26,044 nt of DNA from Candidatus Zixiibacteriota bacterium (GTDB lineage: Bacteria > Zixibacteria > MSB-5A5 > CAIYYT01): contig JBECKX010000085.1 in the NCBI GenBank assembly GCA_040235515.1, positions 1 through 26,044 of the forward strand, read 5' to 3'. Made by a program: the position numbers and the translations under genes. Below are positions 1 to 9,328 of the stretch, piece by piece (position 1 is the stretch's first letter; every line of letters starts with the position of its first letter). The notes beneath the pieces are model-generated. The model was given only the letters and a program-made list of their open reading frames with translations, did no database searches and had not been told where the DNA came from.

Positions 1-354
1 CTCCAGAGAGGTGTGTATTTCAAAACTCTCAGTCAACCTCTGAGGGAGTCTAAATTGTTCCTTATCCCTCTCGCTTGTCAGTCATGGCGAAGAGAATGAC
101 GAGGTAGGGGTGAAAGTAGATTCCGACGCACAGTTGGGAATACCGAGTGGCAGGCACGATTCTTCCAGCGTTCCTCTCCCGCATCTTCCAATTCATCTTG
201 ACTTCATGTAATCGAGGGTCTATATTATTTGCACAAAAGTTGGCGGCTAACAGGGCGGGCGTTCTGACTTCATCTCGTGTATGTTCCGTAAAGGTTGTGC
301 GATCGTGCATTCTCGAGTCGCCGTGGGAACCCTATTAGAGGAAGGTGGGCAAAA

Positions 355-1305
355 ATGGCAAATGATGACAGTGACAATCGTCTCCACAGGCTGGAGATGG
401 AAAAACTGGAACTGGAGATGAAAGATCATCTTCAGTCGGTGCTCGACGAACGCATCGAACATACTCGTGAACGAGTAACCAAAACTTATCGCACGTACGT
501 GCTGATTGCCGCGGTCATCCTCAGTGCTGCATTCACGACTGTTGGAATCTTTGGCTACAACGATCTCTATGACAAAGTGATGAACGACGCCGGTCTCGTA
601 TCGCTGCAAACGGCAGCTACTGATATCCTAACTACAATGCGAAATGATTCGACCTCGATCGCATCGGTGCACGCTGGAGTCAAAGCCTATTGCGACTCGA
701 TCGCTGATTTCAAGTCAAAGTGGGTTCCGGTTGGGACAATCGCACCGTTCGCGGGAAGTGTGAAGAAAATTCCGGAAGGCTGGGCCCTCTGTGATGGACG
801 GGTTATCGACCTCACACGTGACAAACAGTACAGCGAGTTGTTCGCGGTGATCGATACTGCATTCGGACCCGGTTGTAACAAGGACGGCAGAGTCCTTGGA
901 GACTTCAACCTGCCTGATTTTCGTGGTAAGTTTCTGCGTGGTGTAGCTCACAAGGCCGGGCTTGATGTTGCTCCGCAGCGAGATTCTCGATCCGCTGCCC
1001 TGGTATGCCAGCGCGGTAACAGAGGTAATAACGTCGGTTCCGAACAGGGATTTTCTACAGCGCTGCCGACACAGAATCGGTTTATTTCCGATACGACCGG
1101 CGCTCACACTCACGATGTTCTCCTGGAGATGAAAGCGAGTCGTGATCCGGGAACGAACAGGCCGTGGAATACAGCCACGAGTCACACGGAGACTGATCCG
1201 CATGCTACCTCGGTAGCCGGAATGCACTCACACTCGATCATTGGGGGCGACTACGAAACGCGACCGATCAATTCGTATGTCAACTGGATTATCAAGGTGT
1301 TCTGA
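355..1305 (+). CDS. Phage tail-collar domain protein (MdpB-like) with N-terminal coiled coil and transmembrane helix
   Basis: Collar motif VPVGTIAPFAG..IPEGWALCDG..YSELFAVI..FG..FNLPDFRGKFLRG; C-terminal ETRPIN.YVNWIIK; hydrophobic segment YVLIAAVILSAAFTTVGIFGY; ATG at 355 downstream of purine-rich GAGGAAGG. Confidence 0.85.
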   Translation: MANDDSDNRLHRLEMEKLELEMKDHLQSVLDERIEHTRERVTKTYRTYVLIAAVILSAAFTTVGIFGYNDLYDKVMNDAGLVSLQTAATDILTTMRNDSTSIASVHAGVKAYCDSIADFKSKWVPVGTIAPFAGSVKKIPEGWALCDGRVIDLTRDKQYSELFAVIDTAFGPGCNKDGRVLGDFNLPDFRGKFLRGVAHKAGLDVAPQRDSRSAALVCQRGNRGNNVGSEQGFSTALPTQNRFISDTTGAHTHDVLLEMKASRDPGTNRPWNTATSHTETDPHATSVAGMHSHSIIGGDYETRPINSYVNWIIKVF

Positions 1306-1391
1306 TCACATCCGGTGGACGCTAGCCAGTGTGAGATCGTGCAGGTGGCCATCCAATTTCAAGTGAACCTATAGTTGCGAACATATGTCAG

Positions 1392-1426
1392 CAAAACAAG
1401 GGATACGTCCTGGACGCATCCCTTGT
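1392..1426 (-). terminator. Intrinsic terminator of the SBBP gene, between convergent genes
   Basis: Minus strand ACAAGGGATGCGTCC-A-GGACGTATCCCTTGT followed by TTT. Confidence 0.7.
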
Positions 1427-1505
1427 CTTCAAACGACGGTTCAATAACGGCCGTCTCTCCTTATCCGGCTCAATTCCTCCCCGCCGCTAGTTCAGTTGTT
1501 CCCGA

Positions 1506-3848
1506 TCATTCACTCGGACAGGTCAGAACTCCGCCGTAAGTGAACCAATTGTAGTATGCCGTATAATCAGCCATATCGACGTCGCCATCCTGATCGAAGT
1601 CGCCGGCTTCAAGTGGGCATGGAGCCGGGCCACCATAGTAGAGGTAGTAGATCAAGAAAATCAGGTCAGCAACGCTGTACCCAATGCCATCTCCGTTGAG
1701 GTCGCTACAAGTAAACTGGGAAATCTTGGTCACGAATGCATCGGTGCCATTGCGACTTGCATCATATGCGTTAGCCGTCGGGAAATCGCTGGATTGAGTC
1801 GATCCAGCGGCATACATCCGGCACTCAGCATCCACTGCTACACCCAGACCGAGATCCTGGCCCGATCCGCCCAGATAGGTACAGAAAGTTATGTAGTAGT
1901 TGTATGACAACTGGGTACCTATGCGGGCAACGAATGCATCGATTGACCCACCGTAGCTGTTGTCGACCGGATTGGAGACTGGAAGATCTGATGATTCGGT
2001 TCGTCCGCAAATCACCGGTTGATTCCTGCTCGTGAGAGCCAATTCGTAACAGTAGTCGTGGCTGCTGCCGCCGACAAGGGTGCTATAGATCAGGCTGGCA
2101 CCGTCAGCCGCCACCGCAGTCACCGGGGCATCATAAGTGCCATCCAAAGTTGAATCTGACGCTGCGACGGTAGGGTAATTGGACGATGATGTCAGGCCGG
2201 TAAAATAGGCAACTCCCGAGGATGAAACATCCAACGCGATCGCCTCATCCTGCCCTGAACCCCCTACATAGGTACTGTATGTCAGCGATGATCCATTGCT
2301 GCTTAGCTGTGTTACGAAGCAGTCTTTAGTACCTCCGTTGTAGGATGCATCGTAGGCGCTCGCGGTTGGGAAGTTGGAAGAGGATGTAGATCCGGCAACG
2401 TAGACACCACCGTTCTTTTTTATCTCCCAGCCGATTTCACTGCCGCTGCCCCCGAGGTAGGTGCTGAAAATGAGCGATCCCAGGCTTCCGAATGCAGTCA
2501 CAAAAGCATCGTTGGAGCCGCCGTTGTAGGTTGCATCATACGCGCTTGCAGTTGGAAAGTCGCTGGATGAAGTCCAGCCTGTGCAGTAAAACTTCAGACT
2601 GGGATCGAAGTAGACTCCAAACCCATCCTCGCTTGACGAGCCACCCAGGTAAGTCGAGAAGATCAAGCCGGTACCGGTAGAGTTCATCCAGATCACAAAT
2701 GCGTCACGCACTCCCCCCAGTGTGTTATCATAAGCATTCGACAATGGGAAATTCGAAGACTGCGTATAGCCCGTTAGCGCAACTTCGCCCTGGTCCTCGT
2801 CGATGAAGCGACCCAACTCGTTTCCACTGCCTCCGATGTAAGTGCTATAGATAAGCGAACTGCCATCAGTGTCGAGTTTGGTCACGAAAACATCCTCGTT
2901 GCCGTTGAATGTGGAGTCGAAGTGACTGATCGTAGGGAAGTCGGACGAGTAAGTATGTCCGGTCACGAAGGCGTAGCCGTCAGGCGATACATCGATACTC
3001 AGCGCTTCGTCTGTCGACGAACCTCCCAGAAATGTGCTGTAGGTAAACACCGGGTCGATAGTGAATGCACGCGATTGGTCAATTGATGCTGGAATATCGA
3101 ACCCGAAGCTCCTCTCCCCCCTCAGTTGAAATGGTGCGTTCTCATCGATTGAACCTCGAATCGAATTTTGTCGCACAGTTGGCGACGATTGTGCAATGGT
3201 GCCAAGCTTGGTTCGTGCTACCAACTCACCCGTCGCAGTCTCGGTCAACTCTTCAATTCCCTCAAATCGTAGCATGATTTGAGAGGCATCAGCACCCGGT
3301 GCAACGAGAAATTGATACTCAACCGCAGAGCCTCTTGACACCAATTGCAGGGAGATACCATCGTACACGTCGTGCAACACGATGCTCTTGTATGATGGCA
3401 CTTCGCTACGCCAGCGAGCCGGGTCGTTACCAAGAAAGTAATTTGTGTAGTATCCAAGCTCTCCCTGCGGCTCGATTCTCACGTCACGATTGGAGCTAAC
3501 AAGGTCCAATCGTACGACTTCAGTTGCTACGGGCTCCGGTTCAGAGCCCCGCGGGACGAGAGCTCTCGCATCTTCCCGGGCCAACAGAGATGTAGTCCTT
3601 GCTGACTTCGGATTGCTCATCCTGCAATTGAATTGGAAATAGACACCATCGACAGTAATCCACATGGTAGCTCCATTTCCATTCACTCGGTATTGGATTT
3701 CTTCATCCCATTGGCCCTGGTTGGGAGTGAAAGCCAATTGTGCATCACCCACACCTGAGGTGATCTGTGTTTCGACGGTAGTCGTAGCTGTAGCTATCCC
3801 GCTCAGCAGCAGAATCGCACAGACGACGCACCACACCTTCATTCGCAT
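1506..3848 (-). CDS. Secreted SBBP (beta-propeller) repeat protein with C-terminal dockerin
   Basis: Signal peptide; N-terminal FTPNQGQ..NYFLGNDPARW..VYDGI domain; repeated YSTYxGGS..G.T.S.DFPT..DAFV units; two Ca-binding repeats (SDLNGDG, GDFDQDGDVD); RBS AGGAGGAG. Confidence 0.9.
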   Translation of the reverse strand: MRMKVWCVVCAILLLSGIATATTTVETQITSGVGDAQLAFTPNQGQWDEEIQYRVNGNGATMWITVDGVYFQFNCRMSNPKSARTTSLLAREDARALVPRGSEPEPVATEVVRLDLVSSNRDVRIEPQGELGYYTNYFLGNDPARWRSEVPSYKSIVLHDVYDGISLQLVSRGSAVEYQFLVAPGADASQIMLRFEGIEELTETATGELVARTKLGTIAQSSPTVRQNSIRGSIDENAPFQLRGERSFGFDIPASIDQSRAFTIDPVFTYSTFLGGSSTDEALSIDVSPDGYAFVTGHTYSSDFPTISHFDSTFNGNEDVFVTKLDTDGSSLIYSTYIGGSGNELGRFIDEDQGEVALTGYTQSSNFPLSNAYDNTLGGVRDAFVIWMNSTGTGLIFSTYLGGSSSEDGFGVYFDPSLKFYCTGWTSSSDFPTASAYDATYNGGSNDAFVTAFGSLGSLIFSTYLGGSGSEIGWEIKKNGGVYVAGSTSSSNFPTASAYDASYNGGTKDCFVTQLSSNGSSLTYSTYVGGSGQDEAIALDVSSSGVAYFTGLTSSSNYPTVAASDSTLDGTYDAPVTAVAADGASLIYSTLVGGSSHDYCYELALTSRNQPVICGRTESSDLPVSNPVDNSYGGSIDAFVARIGTQLSYNYYITFCTYLGGSGQDLGLGVAVDAECRMYAAGSTQSSDFPTANAYDASRNGTDAFVTKISQFTCSDLNGDGIGYSVADLIFLIYYLYYGGPAPCPLEAGDFDQDGDVDMADYTAYYNWFTYGGVLTCPSE

Positions 3849-3939
3849 GTCTCCTCCTGAGATTAGCGCGCCCTGGATTGTTATGATTTTTAAAAGTACG
3901 GAAGTTAGCGGGGATTAGCCCACTGGGCCTTTTGCAATC

Positions 3940-3968
3940 ATGCTAGTGTTTGGAGGCAATGTTGTCAA
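3940..3968 (-). promoter_or_regulatory. Sigma70-type promoter of the SBBP gene
   Basis: TTGACA-17 nt-TAGCAT on the minus strand. Confidence 0.65.
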
Positions 3969-4070
3969 GACCAAAGTTCGTCATGGTTTGGAGGTGTACA
4001 GAACGAGCCTGGCATGGCAATCTCGACCTGTTGCACAAAAAGATACATTCTGCTGGCTCCGACTTCTTCT

Positions 4071-4217
4071 CCCTCTCCCTTGCAAGGGAGAGGGCCGGGG
4101 TGAGGGTTGGATGAGTGATCGTGCGCGGCGTACGTCCCCGTGCGCCGCGATTCGCAGCAGCCAGACGAGGATGGTTGGCGGCCACAAGATTTGTACCCAC
4201 CGCAAGCGGTGGGGCAC
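4071..4217. repeat. Cluster of REP-like palindromes downstream of glyQS
   Basis: Perfect 24-bp palindrome CCCTCTCCCTTGCAAGGGAGAGGG plus CCGGGGTGAGGG tail (4071-4106); CGCGGCGTACG/CGTGCGCCGCG (4124-4149); CCCACCGC-AA-GCGGTGGG (4196-4213). Confidence 0.6.
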
Positions 4218-4225
4218 CGAGACAG

Positions 4226-5575
4226 TTATCCGTCTATCTTCTTCTGGATAAACGAGGTCAGCTCGCTGATCTTGATGCGATCCTGCTCCATCGTGTCGCG
4301 GTCGCGAACAGTGACCGATTCATCATTGGCGGTGTCGCCATCGATCGTGACACAGTACGGCGTGCCAATCTCATCCATACGGCGATAGCGGCGCCCGACA
4401 GCACCCGAGTCATCATAGAAACACTTGAAATGCTTCTTGAGGTCATGGAAGACCCTGGTGGCCGTCTCCGGCATACCATCCTTCTTGACCAGCGGAAACA
4501 CACCAACCTTTACCGGTGCGATCTTCGGTGAGAACTTGAGCACAACGCGCGTCTCACCCTTCACCTCTTCCTCTGCATAGGCATCAAGCAGCACCGTCAA
4601 GAGTGTGCGATCACAACCTGCCGAGGTCTCAATGATGAAGGGGATGAACCGTTCATTGGTGAATGGATCAAGATAGGTCAAATTCTTGCCGGTCGCTTCG
4701 GCATGACGCGACAGGTCAAAGTCGGTGCGGTTATGGATCCCCTCCAGCTCTTTCCAGCCGAACGGGAACTCATACTCGATATCGAATGCCTTCTTGGCAT
4801 AATGCGCCAGTTCATCGGGGCCGTGCTCATGGAACCGCAACTTCTCCTTGCGGATGCCCAGCTTCAGGTACCACTCCCAGCGCTGCTGCTTCCAGTAGTC
4901 GAACCACTTGTCATCTTCCTTGGGGTTGATGAAGAACTGCATCTCCATCTGTTCGAACTCACGCGTACGGAAAATGAAGTTGCCGGGCGTGATTTCATTA
5001 CGGAATGCTTTACCGATCTGCGCGATACCGAACGGCACTTTCTGCCGCGCAGGTCCCATCACATTGAGGTAGTTGACGTAGATACCCTGCGCCGTTTCGG
5101 GACGCAGATAGATCACCGCACTATCCTCCTCCACCGGACCCATGAAGGTCTTGAACATCAGGTTGAATTTGCGCGGCTCGGTCAATTCTCCCCCACACTC
5201 GAGCGGCGATTTGGAGGGCTTCTCAGGGCAGCGTGCCGTCTCCAGCTGATCAGCACGGAAACGCGCCTTGCACTTCTTGCAGTCCACCAATGGATCGGTG
5301 AAATTCTGGACGTGGCCGGATGTTTCCCAGACTTTGGGATGCATCAGGATTGCGGCGTCGAGGCCTTCGACATCATCGCGCTCCTGCGTCATGGCGCGCC
5401 ACCAGAAATCCTTGATGTTGCGTTTCAGTTCGATGCCGTATGGACCGTAGTCCCAGCAGCTGCCTAAGCCGCCATATATCTCTGAAGATTGAAAAATGAA
5501 GCCGCGCCGTTTGCAGAGCGACACCATTTCATCCATCATTTTGCTCGACTTGTCAGTGGACTTATCTTTGGCCAC
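4226..5575 (-). CDS. glyQS: Glycine--tRNA ligase, homodimeric (alpha2) type
   Basis: KRRGF..SEIYGG..WDYGP, YLRPETAQGI, GKAFRNEITP..FIFRTREFEQME, ELEGIHNRTDFDL, GRRYRRMDEIGTP anticodon domain; GTG start with GGAGG. Confidence 0.98.
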   Translation of the reverse strand: MAKDKSTDKSSKMMDEMVSLCKRRGFIFQSSEIYGGLGSCWDYGPYGIELKRNIKDFWWRAMTQERDDVEGLDAAILMHPKVWETSGHVQNFTDPLVDCKKCKARFRADQLETARCPEKPSKSPLECGGELTEPRKFNLMFKTFMGPVEEDSAVIYLRPETAQGIYVNYLNVMGPARQKVPFGIAQIGKAFRNEITPGNFIFRTREFEQMEMQFFINPKEDDKWFDYWKQQRWEWYLKLGIRKEKLRFHEHGPDELAHYAKKAFDIEYEFPFGWKELEGIHNRTDFDLSRHAEATGKNLTYLDPFTNERFIPFIIETSAGCDRTLLTVLLDAYAEEEVKGETRVVLKFSPKIAPVKVGVFPLVKKDGMPETATRVFHDLKKHFKCFYDDSGAVGRRYRRMDEIGTPYCVTIDGDTANDESVTVRDRDTMEQDRIKISELTSFIQKKIDG

Positions 5576-5596
5576 TTGTTCCTCCGTCCGATTTCA

Positions 5597-6376
5597 CTAT
5601 TTCAACAGCTCCAGTTTGCGCAGAAAATCGAGAGACTTCAAATCCGCACGCCTGCCGAGGTGATACTCGGTCATGGCGGTAAGGATACTCTTGATCTGAT
5701 CGGCTTGTTGAGGCGATATGCTTACCTTGCGGTTATCACTCACGCTGACCCCCGAGAGCTGCTTCAACACGCGGGCGGTCCCTCGATCCAGCTGGATCGT
5801 CCGTGAATCGCCAATAAACTCCTTCGCGAGCACACCGCCACGCGCCGGATCGAAATAGAGTCGATCTTCTTCGATTTCTGCGCCTGATTCCACGCAGCGC
5901 TCCAGCTCGGGAGCGTAGCCAGAGAATATAAAGAGGAGGTACCAGAAATGCAAAAGCTCGCGCTCGAAATTTCCGCCGCTCTGCGATTTCTCACTCGAAT
6001 CTAACAATCGCAGGTATTTCTTGAGGGAAAAATAAAGCTGCCGATTCTCCTCATGTTCCGGCACGAAGATATTCACCAATTCCAGAGCCGCCGCCGCGAA
6101 CCCATATTTCTGTTCATCCTGGCTGATCTGATCGAACGATTCGGAGACTTCCGCTTTGGAGATGTAGTCCGCCGATTCCTTCTCGCGCTGGTAAAAAACG
6201 ACCTCGGCAACCGTGAAATATTGTACCGCTTCTGCCAGCATTGATCCCGGCTTGGTGGCTCCGCGCGCAACCAGCTTCAGCTTGCCAAAATCACGCGACA
6301 TGCAGATCAGGAAGAGGGAGCTATCCTGTACCTTCACGCGCTTGAGCACGATTATTTCAGTTTTGGAGAGTGACAT
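5597..6376 (-). CDS. recO: DNA repair protein RecO
   Basis: N-terminal OB fold (TEIIVLKR..GKLKLVARGA), GYAPELERCVESG..FDPARGGV degenerate Zn region, LKSLDFL end; adjacent to glyQS. Confidence 0.92.
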   Translation of the reverse strand: MSLSKTEIIVLKRVKVQDSSLFLICMSRDFGKLKLVARGATKPGSMLAEAVQYFTVAEVVFYQREKESADYISKAEVSESFDQISQDEQKYGFAAAALELVNIFVPEHEENRQLYFSLKKYLRLLDSSEKSQSGGNFERELLHFWYLLFIFSGYAPELERCVESGAEIEEDRLYFDPARGGVLAKEFIGDSRTIQLDRGTARVLKQLSGVSVSDNRKVSISPQQADQIKSILTAMTEYHLGRRADLKSLDFLRKLELLK

Positions 6377-6391
6377 GCTGCAATCGGATTC

Positions 6392-6420
6392 ATCATAGGA
6401 AATCTGATTAGTGCAGGCAA
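6392..6420 (-). promoter_or_regulatory. Sigma70-type promoter for recO-glyQS
   Basis: TTGCCT-17 nt-TATGAT, ending 15 nt upstream of the recO ATG. Confidence 0.6.
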
Positions 6421-6484
6421 TGCTGACTTTGCGGGTGTGATCTACGCAGCTTGCAGGGGCTCAGCCTGCTGAGCCCAGGTGAAA

Positions 6485-6790
6485 CTAATACTCTATCACG
6501 GTCTCGTCGAGTCGCCGCAGTTGATATCGCTCGCGCGCGAGTTTCTCGATGTAGAGGGTGTCGTTTTTGAGGCGTTCCCGTTTGACTTCCAGATCCACCA
6601 GTTCGGCGTTGAGTTTGACCTCCTTCGCCTTCAACTCCGCGATCTGCCTGTCGATCTCAAGCATATTGACGAAGCCATACTTACCCATGGCGAGATTGTA
6701 GCCCAGTGCCAGCAGCACCGCCACCAACAGGAAGAGGACAATCTTGCCGCGGACGCGCTGCCAGCGGCTCTCTTGCTTACGTCGTGCCAT
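6485..6790 (-). CDS. ftsB: Septum formation initiator FtsB/DivIC family
   Basis: One TM helix, GKYG, coiled coil, YIEKLARERYQL; directly downstream of eno (a widely conserved pairing). Confidence 0.88.
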   Translation of the reverse strand: MARRKQESRWQRVRGKIVLFLLVAVLLALGYNLAMGKYGFVNMLEIDRQIAELKAKEVKLNAELVDLEVKRERLKNDTLYIEKLARERYQLRRLDETVIEY

Positions 6791-6822
6791 AGGAATCCTT
6801 AACGCTCTTACGGAAACGTCCC

Positions 6823-8148
<1,326 letters not shown>

Positions 8149-8161
8149 TCAATTTCCGGCG

Positions 8162-8190
8162 AATTTAAGAGTTGTAAATCAGTCGTACAA
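8162..8190 (-). promoter_or_regulatory. Sigma70-type promoter of eno
   Basis: TTGTAC-17 nt-TAAATT on the minus strand. Confidence 0.55.
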
Positions 8191-8242
8191 TAATTTTAAG
8201 AAAAAACGTCAGGGAGGATCAGTTCGCCCCGCCGGATAAAAC

Positions 8243-8271
8243 TTGACAATAAAATCTGTGATGTGCAGTAT
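8243..8271 (+). promoter_or_regulatory. Sigma70-type promoter, probably giving a leaderless mRNA
   Basis: TTGACA-17 nt-CAGTAT, then 6 nt, then ATG (8278); no SD. Confidence 0.5.
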
Positions 8272-8277
8272 TCAAAT

Positions 8278-9300
8278 ATGTCTGAAAAGGAGCCAAGCAA
8301 TGCCGCGCGCAAGTTTTCCTGCCCCGATTGCCACGCAGAGATAGTCATTAAGTACCTCAATCCGGGGGACACCGCACTCTGTCGTCGCTGCGGGAGCGAG
8401 GTCACCGTCCCGTCGGAGTTGATCGAGACCGAAGAGGCGCCATCATTTGCGACTCAAGAGCGACCAGAACCGGTGGCTGGAGGAAAATCAGTTGAAAAGC
8501 GACCCTGGAATCCTCGCTGGCTTGCGTTCTTCGGATTCTTCTTTTCTTACGCGGCAGCGGGTTTTCTATGGGCGCTCAATTTCAAGAGGCTCGGTGAGCC
8601 GGAGAAGTCCAGGTCTGCCTGGCTACAGCTTGTATTCTTCGTGATCGCAGCCTATTTCGTTTCGGACTACATCCAGGGACAGGACTGGCCGTGGCTTGCC
8701 AAGGTCATAGTGGGTGAACTGGTCAACTTCCCTTTGCTTTTCTATATGACGTACACCCAGCTTGAGCGTTTCAAAAGATACAGGGAGGATGGCGGAAAGG
8801 GGGCAAGTTATGTTAAACCAATATTCGTGACCATCGGGACCTATCTGGGCATCGCACTGACTTTGACCCTCGTGGTCTATGCAGTTGCAAAGCACGAAGT
8901 GACCTCCTTTCTCGAGCACAATGCCAAGCTTGCAGCCGAAGAGCGGATTGTTCAGTCGCTGCTACTGCGCGGTGACACTGATTCCGCCAGGGCATACGTA
9001 GATTACATGGAAGAGAGATACCCATATTATCGGGACGGCGACTACCATCGTTCCTACTGCTTTTTCTTCGCGCACCAATATGATTCCAGCGTGGCCTACG
9101 CCGAGCGATATCGGGATGCCAGGCCGGATGATCCGCAGGCAAAGGCTTTATTCCACATGGCGCGTGCTTATCAGAGATATCAAAAGGGAAGGCTTGAGGA
9201 TGCACTCGTTGATATCACGATTTACCTGGAGGCAAATCCCGCGGATGAAGCAGAGTTCCTTTTCAGGCGCCGGCTGCTTCGAGAGATCGACGAGAAATGA
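8278..9300 (+). CDS. Membrane protein with N-terminal Zn-ribbon and C-terminal TPR-like repeats
   Basis: CPDC..CRRC; about 4 hydrophobic helices; helical TPR-like C-terminus (A..YAERY..RPDDP.A, AL.DI..YLEANP.D). Confidence 0.75.
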   Translation: MSEKEPSNAARKFSCPDCHAEIVIKYLNPGDTALCRRCGSEVTVPSELIETEEAPSFATQERPEPVAGGKSVEKRPWNPRWLAFFGFFFSYAAAGFLWALNFKRLGEPEKSRSAWLQLVFFVIAAYFVSDYIQGQDWPWLAKVIVGELVNFPLLFYMTYTQLERFKRYREDGGKGASYVKPIFVTIGTYLGIALTLTLVVYAVAKHEVTSFLEHNAKLAAEERIVQSLLLRGDTDSARAYVDYMEERYPYYRDGDYHRSYCFFFAHQYDSSVAYAERYRDARPDDPQAKALFHMARAYQRYQKGRLEDALVDITIYLEANPADEAEFLFRRRLLREIDEK

Positions 9301-9328
9301 ATGGGCGCACAGGCACGCGATCTGTCTC

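Noticed and set aside
62..338. Short ORFs at the window start
   Set aside because: No RBS, atypical composition and no recognisable motif
3940..4251. ORFs across the SBBP-glyQS spacer
   Set aside because: They are translations of REP-like palindromes and promoter sequence
4703..5467. Long antisense ORFs (also 7018-7524, 14404-15042, 21122-21835, 22705-23277)
   Set aside because: Shadow frames opposite well-supported genes in GC-rich DNA
6457..6476. Hairpin GGGCTCAG/CTGAGCCC after ftsB as a terminator
   Set aside because: No U-tract on either strand; function cannot be assigned
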